Assembly (NCBI GenBank): GCA_016186045.1
Contig: JACPMJ010000005.1
Location: 7,143-71,142, forward strand
Direction of reading: 5' to 3'
DNA length: 64,000 nt
Source of the DNA: Candidatus Uhrbacteria bacterium
GTDB taxonomy: Bacteria > Patescibacteriota > Patescibacteriia > JACQRZ01
A program made the translations under genes and the position numbers. Under the pieces are notes generated by a model that ran no database searches, had not been told where the DNA came from, and was given only the letters and a program-made list of their open reading frames with translations. Numbering within the stretch: position 1 is the stretch's first letter; every line of letters begins with the position of its first letter. Below, piece after piece: positions 1 to 10,374 of the stretch.

Positions 1-601
1 TCTGCCGAAAAAAATAGAAACAGCAGATGCTATTCTTGAAGGTGCGGCAATAGTAAGCGGCGCAAAACATGATCCCATCAAGAAGGATCCCTTGCAAGAT
101 ACGCAGGTGTTGATAAGTAGCAATGTCATCAAGAGTCCCGTGAATTCTGATTTTGCGCTCTCCCTTGACTCTGCAATTCCGGATAATGAGCTTGTTATAG
201 GGAAACAAAAAACATATCGTATTACATGGACTGTTTCCAATTCACTTCATGAATTAAAGGAACTGAAGATATCTGGTCGCCTGCCCTCTACAGTAGTATG
301 GCTTGGAAATGAGACGCTTACTGCCGGAGAAATCCGTTTTGACAGCCAGACGCGGCAGATACTCTGGACATTGAATCGTCTGCCTGTTTCCGTGCACCAG
401 ATATCCATTGCGTTTGACGTGCAAATAACTCCGACAGAAGATGATCTCAAGCGGATAGATGCGTGTTCTGAGCGAAAGCCCCTGCCCCTGCTTTCAAAAA
501 TCATCGCATCAGCCACTGATACTGTCGCGAAAAGCACTGTTCAATCGGAACAGTCCATTGTGATCCAGGGGCCAGCGCTGAAGGAATGTAAAAATGAATA
601 G
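1..601 (+). CDS. hypothetical protein, 3' portion (reading frame open from window start; ORF track starts it at TTG 92)
   Basis: Frame 2 has no stop from position 2 to 601; no recognisable motif. Confidence 0.4.
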   Translation, partial: LPKKIETADAILEGAAIVSGAKHDPIKKDPLQDTQVLISSNVIKSPVNSDFALSLDSAIPDNELVIGKQKTYRITWTVSNSLHELKELKISGRLPSTVVWLGNETLTAGEIRFDSQTRQILWTLNRLPVSVHQISIAFDVQITPTEDDLKRIDACSERKPLPLLSKIIASATDTVAKSTVQSEQSIVIQGPALKECKNE

Positions 602-625
602 TATAGACCCTTTGCAAAAAGTCTT

Positions 626-2038
626 ATGATCATGCTATATAATACACGTACCAGGAAAAAAGAACTGTTCATGCCGCGTGAAGAACATATTGTGGGCATG
701 TATTCATGCGGCCCCACCGTTTATAATTATCCGCATATTGGAAATTATCGCGCATATGTGTGTAGCGATCTGCTTGCGCGCGCATTGGCATACCTCGGAT
801 ATTCCGTAAAACATATCATGAATATTACCGATGTGGACGATAAGACGATTCGGGATTCTCAAAAAGAAGGCGTGTCTTTGAAAGAATTCACTGCGCGATA
901 TGAGCAGGCATTTTTGGAAGATATTGCGTCATTGCGTATTAGGACCATTACGCGCCATACGCGTGCGACAGAACATATCGAAGAGATGGTTTCTCTTATT
1001 CAGGCGCTTTTAAAAAAAGGAATTGCATATCGCGGAGAAGACGGAAGTATTTATTATTCCATTGAAAAATTTCCTTCCTACGGAGCATTATCCGGATTGA
1101 GACTGCAAGATTTGGAAGCGGGAGCATCTGGCCGTATGCAGGCGGATGAATATGAAAAAGAACATGCGCAAGATTTTGCGCTTTGGAAGGCGTGGGTTCC
1201 TTCTGACGGAGAGGCATATTGGGAAACGCCACTTGGAAAAGGCAGGCCTGGTTGGCATATTGAATGTTCTGCCATGAGCATGAAATACTTGGGACAGCAG
1301 TTTGATATCCATTGCGGCGGAACGGATCTTATTTTTCCCCACCATGAAAATGAAATTGCGCAGAGCGAGGGGGCATATGGCGGACAATTCGTGCGATATT
1401 GGATTCATAATGCATGGCTTTTGGTTGACGGAAAAAAAATGGCAAAGAGCGCTGGTAATTTTTATACACTGCGGGACGTTATGGCACGCGGCGTAGATCC
1501 TCTCGCGTTTAAATTTTTTTGTCTCACCGCGCATTATCGCCAGCCCATGAATTTCACATGGGAGGCGCTTGCAAGCGCCCAGCAGGGATTGTGCCACGTG
1601 CAGTCCGCCGCTTTGCATATGAAGGAAATGGCAGCACATGCCGAGGAAGAGGCTCCTTGCGCGCGTGTACACCAGCTGGTTGATCAGCTGAAAGCGGATA
1701 TAACTTCCGCGCTTCATGATGATGTCAATAGCCCGCAGGCGCTTGCCGCGCTCTTTGATTTTATCAAAGCAGTATACAAGGAAAAAAAAAGTTTTACGCG
1801 CGCGGATTATTTGGAATTATTCAGGGCGCTTTGTGACAGCGATCGCGTATTTGGGTTTTGTCTTGAAGAGATTGTCATTCCTGATATCCCTCATGAAGTA
1901 CGGTCACTCATGGAAGAGCGTGAACGTGCGCGCAAGGAAAAACAATGGGAAAAGGCTGATGAATTTCGTATGCATATTGAAGAAAAGGGATATGCCATTG
2001 AAGATACGTCGCACGGTCCGCGAGCAGTGAAACGGTGA
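626..2038 (+). CDS. cysS: cysteinyl-tRNA synthetase
   Basis: CGPTVYNYPHIGN (HIGH-type motif), KMAKS (KMSKS), zinc-site WHIECSAMS identical to CysRS family. Confidence 0.9.
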   Translation: MIMLYNTRTRKKELFMPREEHIVGMYSCGPTVYNYPHIGNYRAYVCSDLLARALAYLGYSVKHIMNITDVDDKTIRDSQKEGVSLKEFTARYEQAFLEDIASLRIRTITRHTRATEHIEEMVSLIQALLKKGIAYRGEDGSIYYSIEKFPSYGALSGLRLQDLEAGASGRMQADEYEKEHAQDFALWKAWVPSDGEAYWETPLGKGRPGWHIECSAMSMKYLGQQFDIHCGGTDLIFPHHENEIAQSEGAYGGQFVRYWIHNAWLLVDGKKMAKSAGNFYTLRDVMARGVDPLAFKFFCLTAHYRQPMNFTWEALASAQQGLCHVQSAALHMKEMAAHAEEEAPCARVHQLVDQLKADITSALHDDVNSPQALAALFDFIKAVYKEKKSFTRADYLELFRALCDSDRVFGFCLEEIVIPDIPHEVRSLMEERERARKEKQWEKADEFRMHIEEKGYAIEDTSHGPRAVKR

Positions 2039-2039
2039 T

Positions 2040-3083
2040 ATGATCTATATTTTTCTCTTCATCTTGGCCTGCGGCATGACATGGCTACTTACGCTCGGAG
2101 TGCGGACATGCGCGCTCACATGCGATATCACAGACAAGCCGACATCGCCGCGAAAAATCCATGTGCGCCCCGTTCCATTACTTGGTGGCGTTGGCATATA
2201 TCTCTCCTTTGCCGCCGTAATGGTTGGATATCTTTTTTTTGCTCCTGCGTCATGGCCGACATTGACTGACGCACATGTTTTGCCCCGACATATCATTGGC
2301 ATTCTTATTGCGGGATTTTTTCTCATGATCGGAGGATTTCTTGACGATATCTACACGCTCAAACCTTATCAGCAAATCATTTGGCCCATACTCGCAACAC
2401 TTACCGTGATTATGTCAGGAATCGGCGTTGAAAAAATAACCAATCCATTCGGCGGATATATTATTCTCAATGAACCGCTGTCCAATGTCCTCACGTTTGT
2501 ATGGCTTTTGACGATTATCTATACCACAAAATTTTTGGACGGGCTTGACGGGCTTGTATCCGGCATGACCGTCATTAATGCGACAATCATTGTTTTTCTG
2601 AGTTTATTTTTCTTTGTAAATGTTCCCACTGCGGTGCTTGCGGTGCTTGTGGCAGGATGTTTTTTTGGATTTCTGATATGGAATTTCCATCCTGCAAAAA
2701 TATTTCTTGGAGAAGCGGGAAGCACACTTGCAGGATTTCTTTTGGGAGTACTTGCCATCATTTCCGGTGCGAAATTCGCTACCGCACTCCTCATGCTGGG
2801 AATCCCGGTCCTTGACGGAGCATGGGTTGTATTCAGGCGGCTCTGCATGGAAAGGCGATCCCCGTTTCAGGGAGATACAAAACATATCCATTTTCGCCTG
2901 TTATCCGTTGGCTTCTCACAGCGTCAAGCCGTGTTTTTTTTGTACGGAATGTCTGCGATATTCGGCGGGCTCGCGCTCTTTTTGCAAAGTTCCCAGAAAA
3001 TTGCCGCGCTTGCCGCAGTATGTGGCATCATGATCGTGCTGGCATATGTGTTTTTTCGCACGGAAAAAAGGGGCGTTCGTTGA
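2040..3083 (+). CDS. glycosyltransferase family 4 (MraY/WecA-type phospho-N-acetylhexosamine transferase), polytopic membrane protein
   Basis: KFLDGLDGLVSG motif, multiple TM helices, DDIYTL loop; ATG 1 nt after cysS stop. Confidence 0.75.
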   Translation: MIYIFLFILACGMTWLLTLGVRTCALTCDITDKPTSPRKIHVRPVPLLGGVGIYLSFAAVMVGYLFFAPASWPTLTDAHVLPRHIIGILIAGFFLMIGGFLDDIYTLKPYQQIIWPILATLTVIMSGIGVEKITNPFGGYIILNEPLSNVLTFVWLLTIIYTTKFLDGLDGLVSGMTVINATIIVFLSLFFFVNVPTAVLAVLVAGCFFGFLIWNFHPAKIFLGEAGSTLAGFLLGVLAIISGAKFATALLMLGIPVLDGAWVVFRRLCMERRSPFQGDTKHIHFRLLSVGFSQRQAVFFLYGMSAIFGGLALFLQSSQKIAALAAVCGIMIVLAYVFFRTEKRGVR

Positions 3084-3148
3084 TATTTGACAGTTTTTAG
3101 AGTTGTGATATACTCATGGTATCTTACTTATGGATAGAAGGAAAGACT

Positions 3149-3463
3149 ATGCTTGCAGTGATTCGGACCGGCGGAAAGCAGTATATTGTCAAGGAGGGTG
3201 ACGTGCTTATCGTTGAAAAATTGAAGGGAGATGAAAATGACAGCGTCACATTTAAAGACGTATTGTTAATATTTGATGAAGCAGGAGAGCAGGTGCAGGT
3301 AGGAAGCCCAGTATTGAATGGCATTCAGGTAACAGGCACAATAGTAGAACAGGGAAGAGGGAAAAAAATATCAGTGATCAAATATAAGCGGAAGGTCAGA
3401 TATCGCAGAAAAAAGGGACATCGCCAGCATATTACGAAAGTGAAAATCACAAAAATTGGATAG
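3149..3463 (+). CDS. rplU: 50S ribosomal protein L21
   Basis: MLAVIRTGGKQYIVKEGDVL N-terminus typical of L21; AGGAAAG RBS before ATG 3149 (ORF track start 3116 probably too early). Confidence 0.9.
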   Translation: MLAVIRTGGKQYIVKEGDVLIVEKLKGDENDSVTFKDVLLIFDEAGEQVQVGSPVLNGIQVTGTIVEQGRGKKISVIKYKRKVRYRRKKGHRQHITKVKITKIG

Positions 3464-3491
3464 AAAAAACCGGGAATATTCCCGGTATTTT

Positions 3492-4094
3492 TTATACTTC
3501 CCGTCGCAATTTCATGGCATCGCCCAGAGTCACTTCGTCCGCGTATTCAATGTCTGCGCCACGTGGTAAACCGCGCGCGAGCCGCGTGACGCGTACCGGG
3601 TATGATTTCAAAAGTTTTGAGAGGTAGAGTGTCGTGCTCTCTCCCTCCAGATCCGGATTAAAAGCAAGGATAATCTCCTTTATTTTTTGATCCGGCTGCT
3701 TGAGCCGCTCAATAAGTTCTTTAATCGTGAGTCTGTCCGGTGTCACTCCTTCCAGGATATTGATGTTTCCTCCAAGCACATGATACATGCCGCGATAATC
3801 CCCGGTTTTTTCCAATGCCTCCACTTCGTGGCTGAATGCCACCACACAGAGCGCACTTTTTTCCCTTGACGGATGTAAACAGATCGCGCATGTCGTGCGA
3901 TCGCTGTAATTATGGCATACGATGCATGTCATGATGGAATCTCGGAGATTCATGATAAGCTTTGCTATACGCAAGAGTTCCTGCTGGTGTTGGCGCAACA
4001 GAAAAAAAACAAATCGTTGCGCTGATTTTTCTCCGATGCCGGGAAATTTTACGAATTGGTCTATGAGTGCTTGAATGGGGGAGGGGTAGGGCAT
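3492..4094 (-). CDS. recR: recombination protein RecR
   Basis: N-terminal HhH (FPGIGEKSAQR), C4 zinc finger CIVCHNYSDRTTCAIC, Toprim region. Confidence 0.9.
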   Translation of the reverse strand: MPYPSPIQALIDQFVKFPGIGEKSAQRFVFFLLRQHQQELLRIAKLIMNLRDSIMTCIVCHNYSDRTTCAICLHPSREKSALCVVAFSHEVEALEKTGDYRGMYHVLGGNINILEGVTPDRLTIKELIERLKQPDQKIKEIILAFNPDLEGESTTLYLSKLLKSYPVRVTRLARGLPRGADIEYADEVTLGDAMKLRREV

Positions 4095-4103
4095 AGTGAC
4101 ATG

Positions 4104-4269
4104 AGCCAGGAGAGTCTTTATGTTTATGACGTTTCAATTCAAAGAAATACTGCGCGTCTCACAACGCAAAAATCAAAACTCGCTTCGCTCAAACAGTTGA
4201 TTTTTGCTGTTTACCGCGTGTATTTCTTGTTGAATTTTCACTAATGTAAACATAAAGACTCTCCCGGCT
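4104..4269. mobile_element. MITE-like element copy 1 (about 166 bp, about 24-bp terminal inverted repeats AGCCAGGAGAGTCTTTATGTTTAT / TAAACATAAAGACTCTCCCGGCT)
   Basis: TIRs read directly; internal sequence about 85% identical to reverse complement of 49497-49666. Confidence 0.7.
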
Positions 4270-4280
4270 CTTAATAATTT

Positions 4281-5675
4281 TTAGAAAGGATTTTCAAAAA
4301 GAGCGAATGAGTCGCGACTCTTTTCCAGATTCTGAAAGCTTGCGCGTTTTTCATTCCAAAACAGTCGCGTACTTCCCGTGGGGCCGTTTCTGTGTTTTGC
4401 TACGATGATTTCCGCGGTGTTTCGCTCATCTTCACTCAAATCTTCAAAGCGATAGTTTTTATCCGCGGCTTTGCGATAGATAAAAAGCACCACGTCCGCG
4501 TCTTGTTCGATACTGCCGGATTCGCGAAGATGCGCAAGTTTTGGAATTGCCGGCTTACTCAGCTCTACGGCGCGCGCAAGCTGGGAAAGGGCGACAACCG
4601 GAATGTTTAGTTCACGGGCGATGGCCTTGAGTCCGCGCGTGATTTCCGCCACCTCTTGCACTCTGCCATCACTTTTTGACATACTCTCCATAAGCTGGAG
4701 ATAATCCAAGATAATGACGTCCAATCCATATTCGCTTTGAAGTCTGCGTGCTTTTGTTTTTATTTCTAAAATATTTGCTGACGCGGTATCATCAATGAAA
4801 ATTTTTGCTTCTGAAAGCGTGTTGAGAGAATGGCCGATTTTTACGAAATCGTCAGATTCAGGCTTGTCTGAAAGTTTCCCAGTGCGCATTTTCCATAAGT
4901 CAATACCAGCTTCCGCACAGATCATGCGGTCCACAAGCTGTTCTTTGGACATTTCCAGACTGAAAATACCTACGCTCGCCTTGGATCGTATCGCCATTTT
5001 CCGCGCGATATCCAATGCAAGGCTTGTTTTTCCCACGCTTGGTCGCGCCGCGATAATAATGAGATCCGATTTTTGAAAGCCTGCAAGAATATTATCAAGA
5101 TCAGAAAATCCAGTAGGCATACCGCGTAGCTTTCCCCGTTCGCGATGTAATTCCTCAATTCGCTCAAATGCTTCGGTAAGGATGTTTTTGATTGGGATGA
5201 AAATACGCTTCAGCAGGCGCTGGGAAACCGCAAAAATGCGCTGTTCCGCCTTGTCTAACACCTCCTGGACATCATCTTCAGTCTGATACGAAAGCTGGGT
5301 GATCTCACTTGCCGCTCCTTGCAGTCTGCGAAGCATCGCTTTTTTTTGGATAATACTGGCATAATGCTTGACATTGCTGGATGTGGGAACTGCATTTGAA
5401 AGCTCCATAAGGTAGCTTCTGCCACCCACATATTCCAGCTGTTTTTTTTCTTCAAGCCGGTTTGTCACGCTCAAAATGTCGATTGGCTGGTGTTTTTCGT
5501 ACAGGTCAATCATTGCTTCAAAAACAGTTGCGTGCGCGTTTTTATAAAAATCAGATACATGCGTAACATCCCCTATTTTCGTGATAGCATCTTTGTCTAT
5601 GAGAATAGCGCCAAGGAGCGATTGTTCCGCCTCAATATTATGCGGTGGAATCCGGTCGAGGAGTTCGTTTGGCAT
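4281..5675 (-). CDS. dnaB: replicative DNA helicase DnaB
   Basis: N-term IPPHNIEAEQSLLGAILID, Walker A ARPSVGKTSLALDIA, RecA-like C-domain. Confidence 0.9.
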   Translation of the reverse strand: MPNELLDRIPPHNIEAEQSLLGAILIDKDAITKIGDVTHVSDFYKNAHATVFEAMIDLYEKHQPIDILSVTNRLEEKKQLEYVGGRSYLMELSNAVPTSSNVKHYASIIQKKAMLRRLQGAASEITQLSYQTEDDVQEVLDKAEQRIFAVSQRLLKRIFIPIKNILTEAFERIEELHRERGKLRGMPTGFSDLDNILAGFQKSDLIIIAARPSVGKTSLALDIARKMAIRSKASVGIFSLEMSKEQLVDRMICAEAGIDLWKMRTGKLSDKPESDDFVKIGHSLNTLSEAKIFIDDTASANILEIKTKARRLQSEYGLDVIILDYLQLMESMSKSDGRVQEVAEITRGLKAIARELNIPVVALSQLARAVELSKPAIPKLAHLRESGSIEQDADVVLFIYRKAADKNYRFEDLSEDERNTAEIIVAKHRNGPTGSTRLFWNEKRASFQNLEKSRDSFALFENPF

Positions 5676-5815
5676 AGGAGTGGGATAGTCTGTTATTTGG
5701 GCTTTTTTATTGTATCTGATATAATAAATTTATCAAGGAAGGCGAAGTGGATGAATAGTGGATGAAATACTTGATATTTTTTGGTTATTGTGGTGTAATA
5801 CTGGCATTGTGATAT

Positions 5816-5888
5816 GCGCCCATAGCTCAATCGGCAGAGCAACAGCCTTTTAAGCTGGTGGTTGAAGGTTCGATTCCTTCTGGGCGCA
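5816..5888 (+). tRNA. tRNA-Lys (anticodon UUU)
   Basis: Cloverleaf: acceptor GCGCCCA/TGGGCGC, D-arm TAGCTCAATCGGCAGAGC, anticodon loop CTTTTAA, T-arm GGTTCGATTCC, discriminator A; no encoded CCA. Confidence 0.85.
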
Positions 5889-5962
5889 GAATTGCGTCCC
5901 AAACGTTTTTTGAAAATAAAAAAAGCCGCAATAGCTTGTATCACGGCGTATAAGACTGGTTC

Positions 5963-7384
5963 CTATCTAGAAGCCCTCCTCTTTTTCCTTTTTTGAAAAA
6001 AAGAGGCCTGCTTCCTGTTTCTGAAGTCCACCGGTTTCTTTTCCTGCTGCTCCGTTTGATTGGTGGGGGTCGGTCTGCTTATTTTCTTGACCGACTGCCT
6101 TTTTTGCTGGTAGGTATCCGTACTTTCCAGCGCTTTCTTGACCTTGATGAGAATCGGCTTGATTTGTCTCACGTACCCTGCATCATTGTAGCGTGGGAAT
6201 TTCGATTGAAATTCCTTTATGATGGGAGAGGTGTCAGTGAGAAGGGTATTATCAGGGCAAGGGATGTCATGAAGGCATTTGACGCCATCTTTCACGAGCA
6301 TCAAGACCATCTCATGCAGGTTTGCATTAAGCTCCCTGATGACTCCTATTGGAGAGTTTTCCTCATCCCACACCGGAAGCTGTATGTTGTATGGAAATTC
6401 AGGATTTCCTGAGGGAACCGAGAGAGGAATCTCTTCGATTTCCTCGGTTTCCAGAGTTTCCGTAGTAGTATCTTTTGTGGGATCCAATGGAACAAGCGTT
6501 TCGTGTGCCTTGACAAGCGCGAGAACAGACGGATTCTTTACTTGTTCTTCGGTAGCAGAAGCGAGAATCGGTGGCATGTCCTGAAACTCGGAGCGATCCT
6601 CCATATCCGTATCCGTAGAAACGGCAGAAACGTCGGGAATATGTTTGCCCCCCTGTTGATTTTCTTCTTGCTCAACCTGAACTGGAATTTTCTGTTCCGA
6701 TACGTCGGCCTCTAATTGTTCTAGGAATGCCTTATAGTCAATGTGGGGCTTCATCTTGGTGATGACTCTTTTTGCAAGAGCATACTTACCAAGAGACAGC
6801 AAGACCGAGAAGATCTCCATGGCCGCCTGCACGACTGTCACGTGCTGGCCAGAATCATCCCAGTCAACATATTTCTTGCTATCCTCCAAGAGCGAGAGGG
6901 CATCACTATCACGTTCTGATGCCATGAGAAGGGAGAAAATTGTGTTGAATGCGTAGGCAGGGATCTTCTTGTGAGGTTTATCCCATGCAAAGTACTGCCA
7001 CATATGTTCCAGAAAGCTCAAGGCATCCGTATCACGATCCGCGCCAAGAAGCGCAAAGAAAAGTTTACGAACAGTACCTTGGGTGACTTCTGCCGGAATA
7101 CTCCCGACAAGATGAGGACACGCCTTCTCAAAGGTAGCAAACGCGTCATCATACACCCTAAGACATACGGTTACTTGATGAAACTGATCCTGATTCAAGA
7201 GATAGAGGGTGTTATGTGCCGTTGTGTCTCCCTTGAGGGCTTGGTTGAAGAGAATACTGTCACACATCTCAATGATATCTTCTATTTCATCTGGAGAAAG
7301 CCCATCCAGAAGATCGGCTCCTTTCTTTAAATGATGCAAGAAATCATCCACATTGACAGTGTGGACTATGCGTTTTGAGCTCAT
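5963..7384 (-). CDS. hypothetical protein (acidic middle, basic K/R-rich C-terminus)
   Basis: Long uninterrupted ORF, no recognisable motifs. Confidence 0.5.
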   Translation of the reverse strand: MSSKRIVHTVNVDDFLHHLKKGADLLDGLSPDEIEDIIEMCDSILFNQALKGDTTAHNTLYLLNQDQFHQVTVCLRVYDDAFATFEKACPHLVGSIPAEVTQGTVRKLFFALLGADRDTDALSFLEHMWQYFAWDKPHKKIPAYAFNTIFSLLMASERDSDALSLLEDSKKYVDWDDSGQHVTVVQAAMEIFSVLLSLGKYALAKRVITKMKPHIDYKAFLEQLEADVSEQKIPVQVEQEENQQGGKHIPDVSAVSTDTDMEDRSEFQDMPPILASATEEQVKNPSVLALVKAHETLVPLDPTKDTTTETLETEEIEEIPLSVPSGNPEFPYNIQLPVWDEENSPIGVIRELNANLHEMVLMLVKDGVKCLHDIPCPDNTLLTDTSPIIKEFQSKFPRYNDAGYVRQIKPILIKVKKALESTDTYQQKRQSVKKISRPTPTNQTEQQEKKPVDFRNRKQASFFQKRKKRRASR

Positions 7385-7504
7385 AGTTTCCTCCTTATAT
7401 GAGCGTTACGAACATTTTGTTGTCAAAGACCATGCGACTATGATAGCATATATTACCATTTTTGTCAATACCCTGCACTTTTCCCCTTATTTTACACATA
7501 ATTA

Positions 7505-8746
7505 TTGATTAATATATATTCTATGGAGGCAATACCAAGCGGCATAGTGCCCATTGCAAATTTACCCGGGACCGGATCTCTTATCGCCAGAAGCTATGCG
7601 ATATATGCGGCCCATTTTCAAAAGATCATCCAGCTGACCGGCTTGATGGTTTTGGGTTTTTTAATAAACATAAGCCTCTCTTCTTTTGTCGGATTTCTTG
7701 GTCAGAATGCACCGATATTTGGCAAATTTTTTCTTCAGCTCCTCTCCATAGGCATTAGTGGTGGAATTGGGTTGTATTATTGTTATGTTTTTTCCGCGCT
7801 GATTCTTATGATTGCCGCATGGTATCGGCATGCCGAGAATATTTCCTTACAAGAGGCATGCACGCGCGCAGGAAAGATATATAAGTCGTTGTTTCTCGTG
7901 GGATTATTGTATGGGTTTGTTATTGCTGGCACATCGTTTTTCATCCTTCTTCCGGTCATTTTTTCTCAAGGTCAGTATCCTGTTGATACGCCATCATTCC
8001 GTGGTCTACTCATGTTATATATGACCGCATTCCAATGGGGGACTGCGGTTGCGATTGTATTGCCACTCCTTTTTTCCGTATGGTATTATTTTGCCATTTA
8101 CGCGGTCATTCTTGACGGAGATCGTGGCATTGGCGCTTTGGCAAAAAGTAGATATCTCATGCATGGCATGTTTTTTAAGGTTACTGGCAGGTACATGACT
8201 GCCGCGGTTCTGTTGATTCTCGTTTTTTTTCTTCTGTATTTTACACTTGCGCTTCCCTATGGCTGGCTTATCTTCGTACTTCTGTTTATCGCATATGCCT
8301 TTTTGGTGCTTCCGTTTTTTGCGGTATATGAATATCTGCGATATGAGGATCTGCATACCGTGGAGCGGACAACGGAGTTTGCTGTGATCAGAGGAGAACA
8401 TAAAAGCATTTTGGCGTGGTCCGTGATTGGCGCCGGCGTGATGGTTATCAATATTCTTGCGGGATTTTTTGCGCTCCTTCCTATACAGGCGCAAAAAGAT
8501 TTTCAAACTTCTCTTGTGAAGGGATCGGTATATGTACTTGCGCCCGCGTCAATCGAAATAAACAAGAATGTTGAAATTCTCGCAAGTTTTTTTGCAAAAT
8601 TCAGGCCGCAACAGCAAGAAGAGAGATCAAATCCCGGAGGCTTACTCCCATTGGCGCCGGATGAAGAAAGCACGTATACTGCTCCAAAAAATTATTCAGA
8701 CTACAATCCTCCGTCAGGAGATTCGGGAAACACTGTTACATATTAA
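7505..8746 (+). CDS. hypothetical polytopic membrane protein
   Basis: About 8 hydrophobic helices, Pro/Ser-rich C-terminal tail. Confidence 0.5.
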   Translation: MINIYSMEAIPSGIVPIANLPGTGSLIARSYAIYAAHFQKIIQLTGLMVLGFLINISLSSFVGFLGQNAPIFGKFFLQLLSIGISGGIGLYYCYVFSALILMIAAWYRHAENISLQEACTRAGKIYKSLFLVGLLYGFVIAGTSFFILLPVIFSQGQYPVDTPSFRGLLMLYMTAFQWGTAVAIVLPLLFSVWYYFAIYAVILDGDRGIGALAKSRYLMHGMFFKVTGRYMTAAVLLILVFFLLYFTLALPYGWLIFVLLFIAYAFLVLPFFAVYEYLRYEDLHTVERTTEFAVIRGEHKSILAWSVIGAGVMVINILAGFFALLPIQAQKDFQTSLVKGSVYVLAPASIEINKNVEILASFFAKFRPQQQEERSNPGGLLPLAPDEESTYTAPKNYSDYNPPSGDSGNTVTY

Positions 8747-8855
8747 TCCTCCTTTCATTCAATTCTAATTCTATTTTATGCGACTTGAAGATGTTCGAAT
8801 ACAGCGCCTATATCATATTATAAGAGTTCATCTTTAAATGAAGGGAGGACAAGAT

Positions 8856-10358
8856 ATGGTTCGTGTCCGCATGGCGCCTTCGCCAACTGGATTTTTTCAT
8901 CTTGGAAATGCCCGTACCGCGCTTTTCAATAATCTTTTTGCAAAAAAGCAGAAAGGAGCGTTTATTTTGAGAATAGAAGATACGGATAATGAGCGGTCGA
9001 AAAAGGAATATGAAACAGTTATCATAGAGGCATTGCGCTGGCTTGGCATCCGGTATGACGAGGGACCGGACAGCGGCGGGCCATACGGGCCATATCGCCA
9101 AAGCGAACGTACAAAGATTTACCGCGCATACCTTGAACAGCTCACAGCAGAAGGACGCGTGTATCATTGTTTCTGCACAAAAGAAGAGCTTGAGGCGGAG
9201 CGAGAGAGCCAATTGCTTGCCAAACAGCCACCGCGTTATGGCGGAACATGCAAAAAAATTTCTCCGGAAGAATGCGCCGCGCAAAAAACCGCAGGAAAGG
9301 AATCTGTCCTGCGGTTTGGCGTTGATGATGCGCGCGGAAAAATTCAGGTCATTGACATGATTCGCGGATCCATGGAATTTGACCCGCGGCTTATCGGCGA
9401 TTTTGTCATCGCAAAGGATCTTGATACGCCGCTGTATAATTTTGCGGTTGTTGTGGATGATTTTCTCATGAAGATCTCCCATGTGATACGTGGAGACGAT
9501 CATATTTCAAACACGCCCAAACAGCTTTTGCTGTGCGAGGCGCTAGACTTTGATCCTCCTTTATTCGCGCACCTGCCCATGATATTGAATACAGACAAGA
9601 CAAAGCTGAGTAAGCGCGAAAACGAAGTCTCAGTGCTTGAATATCGGGCATTGGGATATCTGCCGGAGGCGCTGGTGAATTTCCTTGGACTTCTTGGCTG
9701 GAACCCGGGAGGAGACAGGGAGATTTTTTCCCTTGAAGAAATGCAGGAGTTGTTTCACATGGATGATGTGCACAAGGGAGGCGCGGTATTTGACATGCGT
9801 AAACTGCAATGGCTAAACGGCATGTACATCAGAAAAAAAGACGTTGTTACGCTTACGGACATGTGTATTCCCTACCTGTGTGAAGCAGGATATTTGGCAG
9901 AAGAGGGGAGCGAGAGTGCGCGAGAGTATCGCATACCCGCCACTGGAGAACGCGTCTCGCGTCAAACACTTGAGAATATTGTGCGCGGAGAGCACGAGCG
10001 CATGAAGACGCTGAAGGATATTGTCCAGCTTGCGGGATATTTTTTTCAGAAAGAGCTTTTCATCGATGCAGAGATTCTGCAGTGGAAAGAATGTTCGCGC
10101 GCGGAGACCGCGCATGCGCTTACATGTGCGCATGACACGCTTTTTCGCATGCAAAAATCCGATTTCACTTCCCTACAGATAGAAAAAAATCTGAAGGAGA
10201 TGATTGTTGCGCAAGGGCTGAGCAACGGCGCGGTTTTGTGGCCCCTGCGGGTATCGTTGACCGGATTACGTGCAAGCCAAGGGCCATTTGACGTTGCCGC
10301 TATTTTGGGAAAAGAAAAAACACTTCAGCGGATTCTTGCCGCGCATGACACGCTTTAA
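8856..10358 (+). CDS. gltX: glutamyl-tRNA synthetase
   Basis: APSPTGFFHLGNARTALFN (HIGH region), KLSKR (KMSKS); AGGGAGG RBS before ATG 8856. Confidence 0.9.
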   Translation: MVRVRMAPSPTGFFHLGNARTALFNNLFAKKQKGAFILRIEDTDNERSKKEYETVIIEALRWLGIRYDEGPDSGGPYGPYRQSERTKIYRAYLEQLTAEGRVYHCFCTKEELEAERESQLLAKQPPRYGGTCKKISPEECAAQKTAGKESVLRFGVDDARGKIQVIDMIRGSMEFDPRLIGDFVIAKDLDTPLYNFAVVVDDFLMKISHVIRGDDHISNTPKQLLLCEALDFDPPLFAHLPMILNTDKTKLSKRENEVSVLEYRALGYLPEALVNFLGLLGWNPGGDREIFSLEEMQELFHMDDVHKGGAVFDMRKLQWLNGMYIRKKDVVTLTDMCIPYLCEAGYLAEEGSESAREYRIPATGERVSRQTLENIVRGEHERMKTLKDIVQLAGYFFQKELFIDAEILQWKECSRAETAHALTCAHDTLFRMQKSDFTSLQIEKNLKEMIVAQGLSNGAVLWPLRVSLTGLRASQGPFDVAAILGKEKTLQRILAAHDTL

Positions 10359-10374
10359 CAATAAGACACTTCCC

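Noticed and set aside
1088-1717. 209-aa antisense ORF inside cysS (and similar long antisense ORFs, e.g. 2519-2891 inside the GT4 gene; 39766-41795 plus-strand ORFs inside the GC-rich 746-aa gene; 43005-43649 inside the 487-aa gene)
   Set aside because: Overlap well-supported genes on the opposite strand; arise from GC-rich or codon-biased sequence, no independent support.
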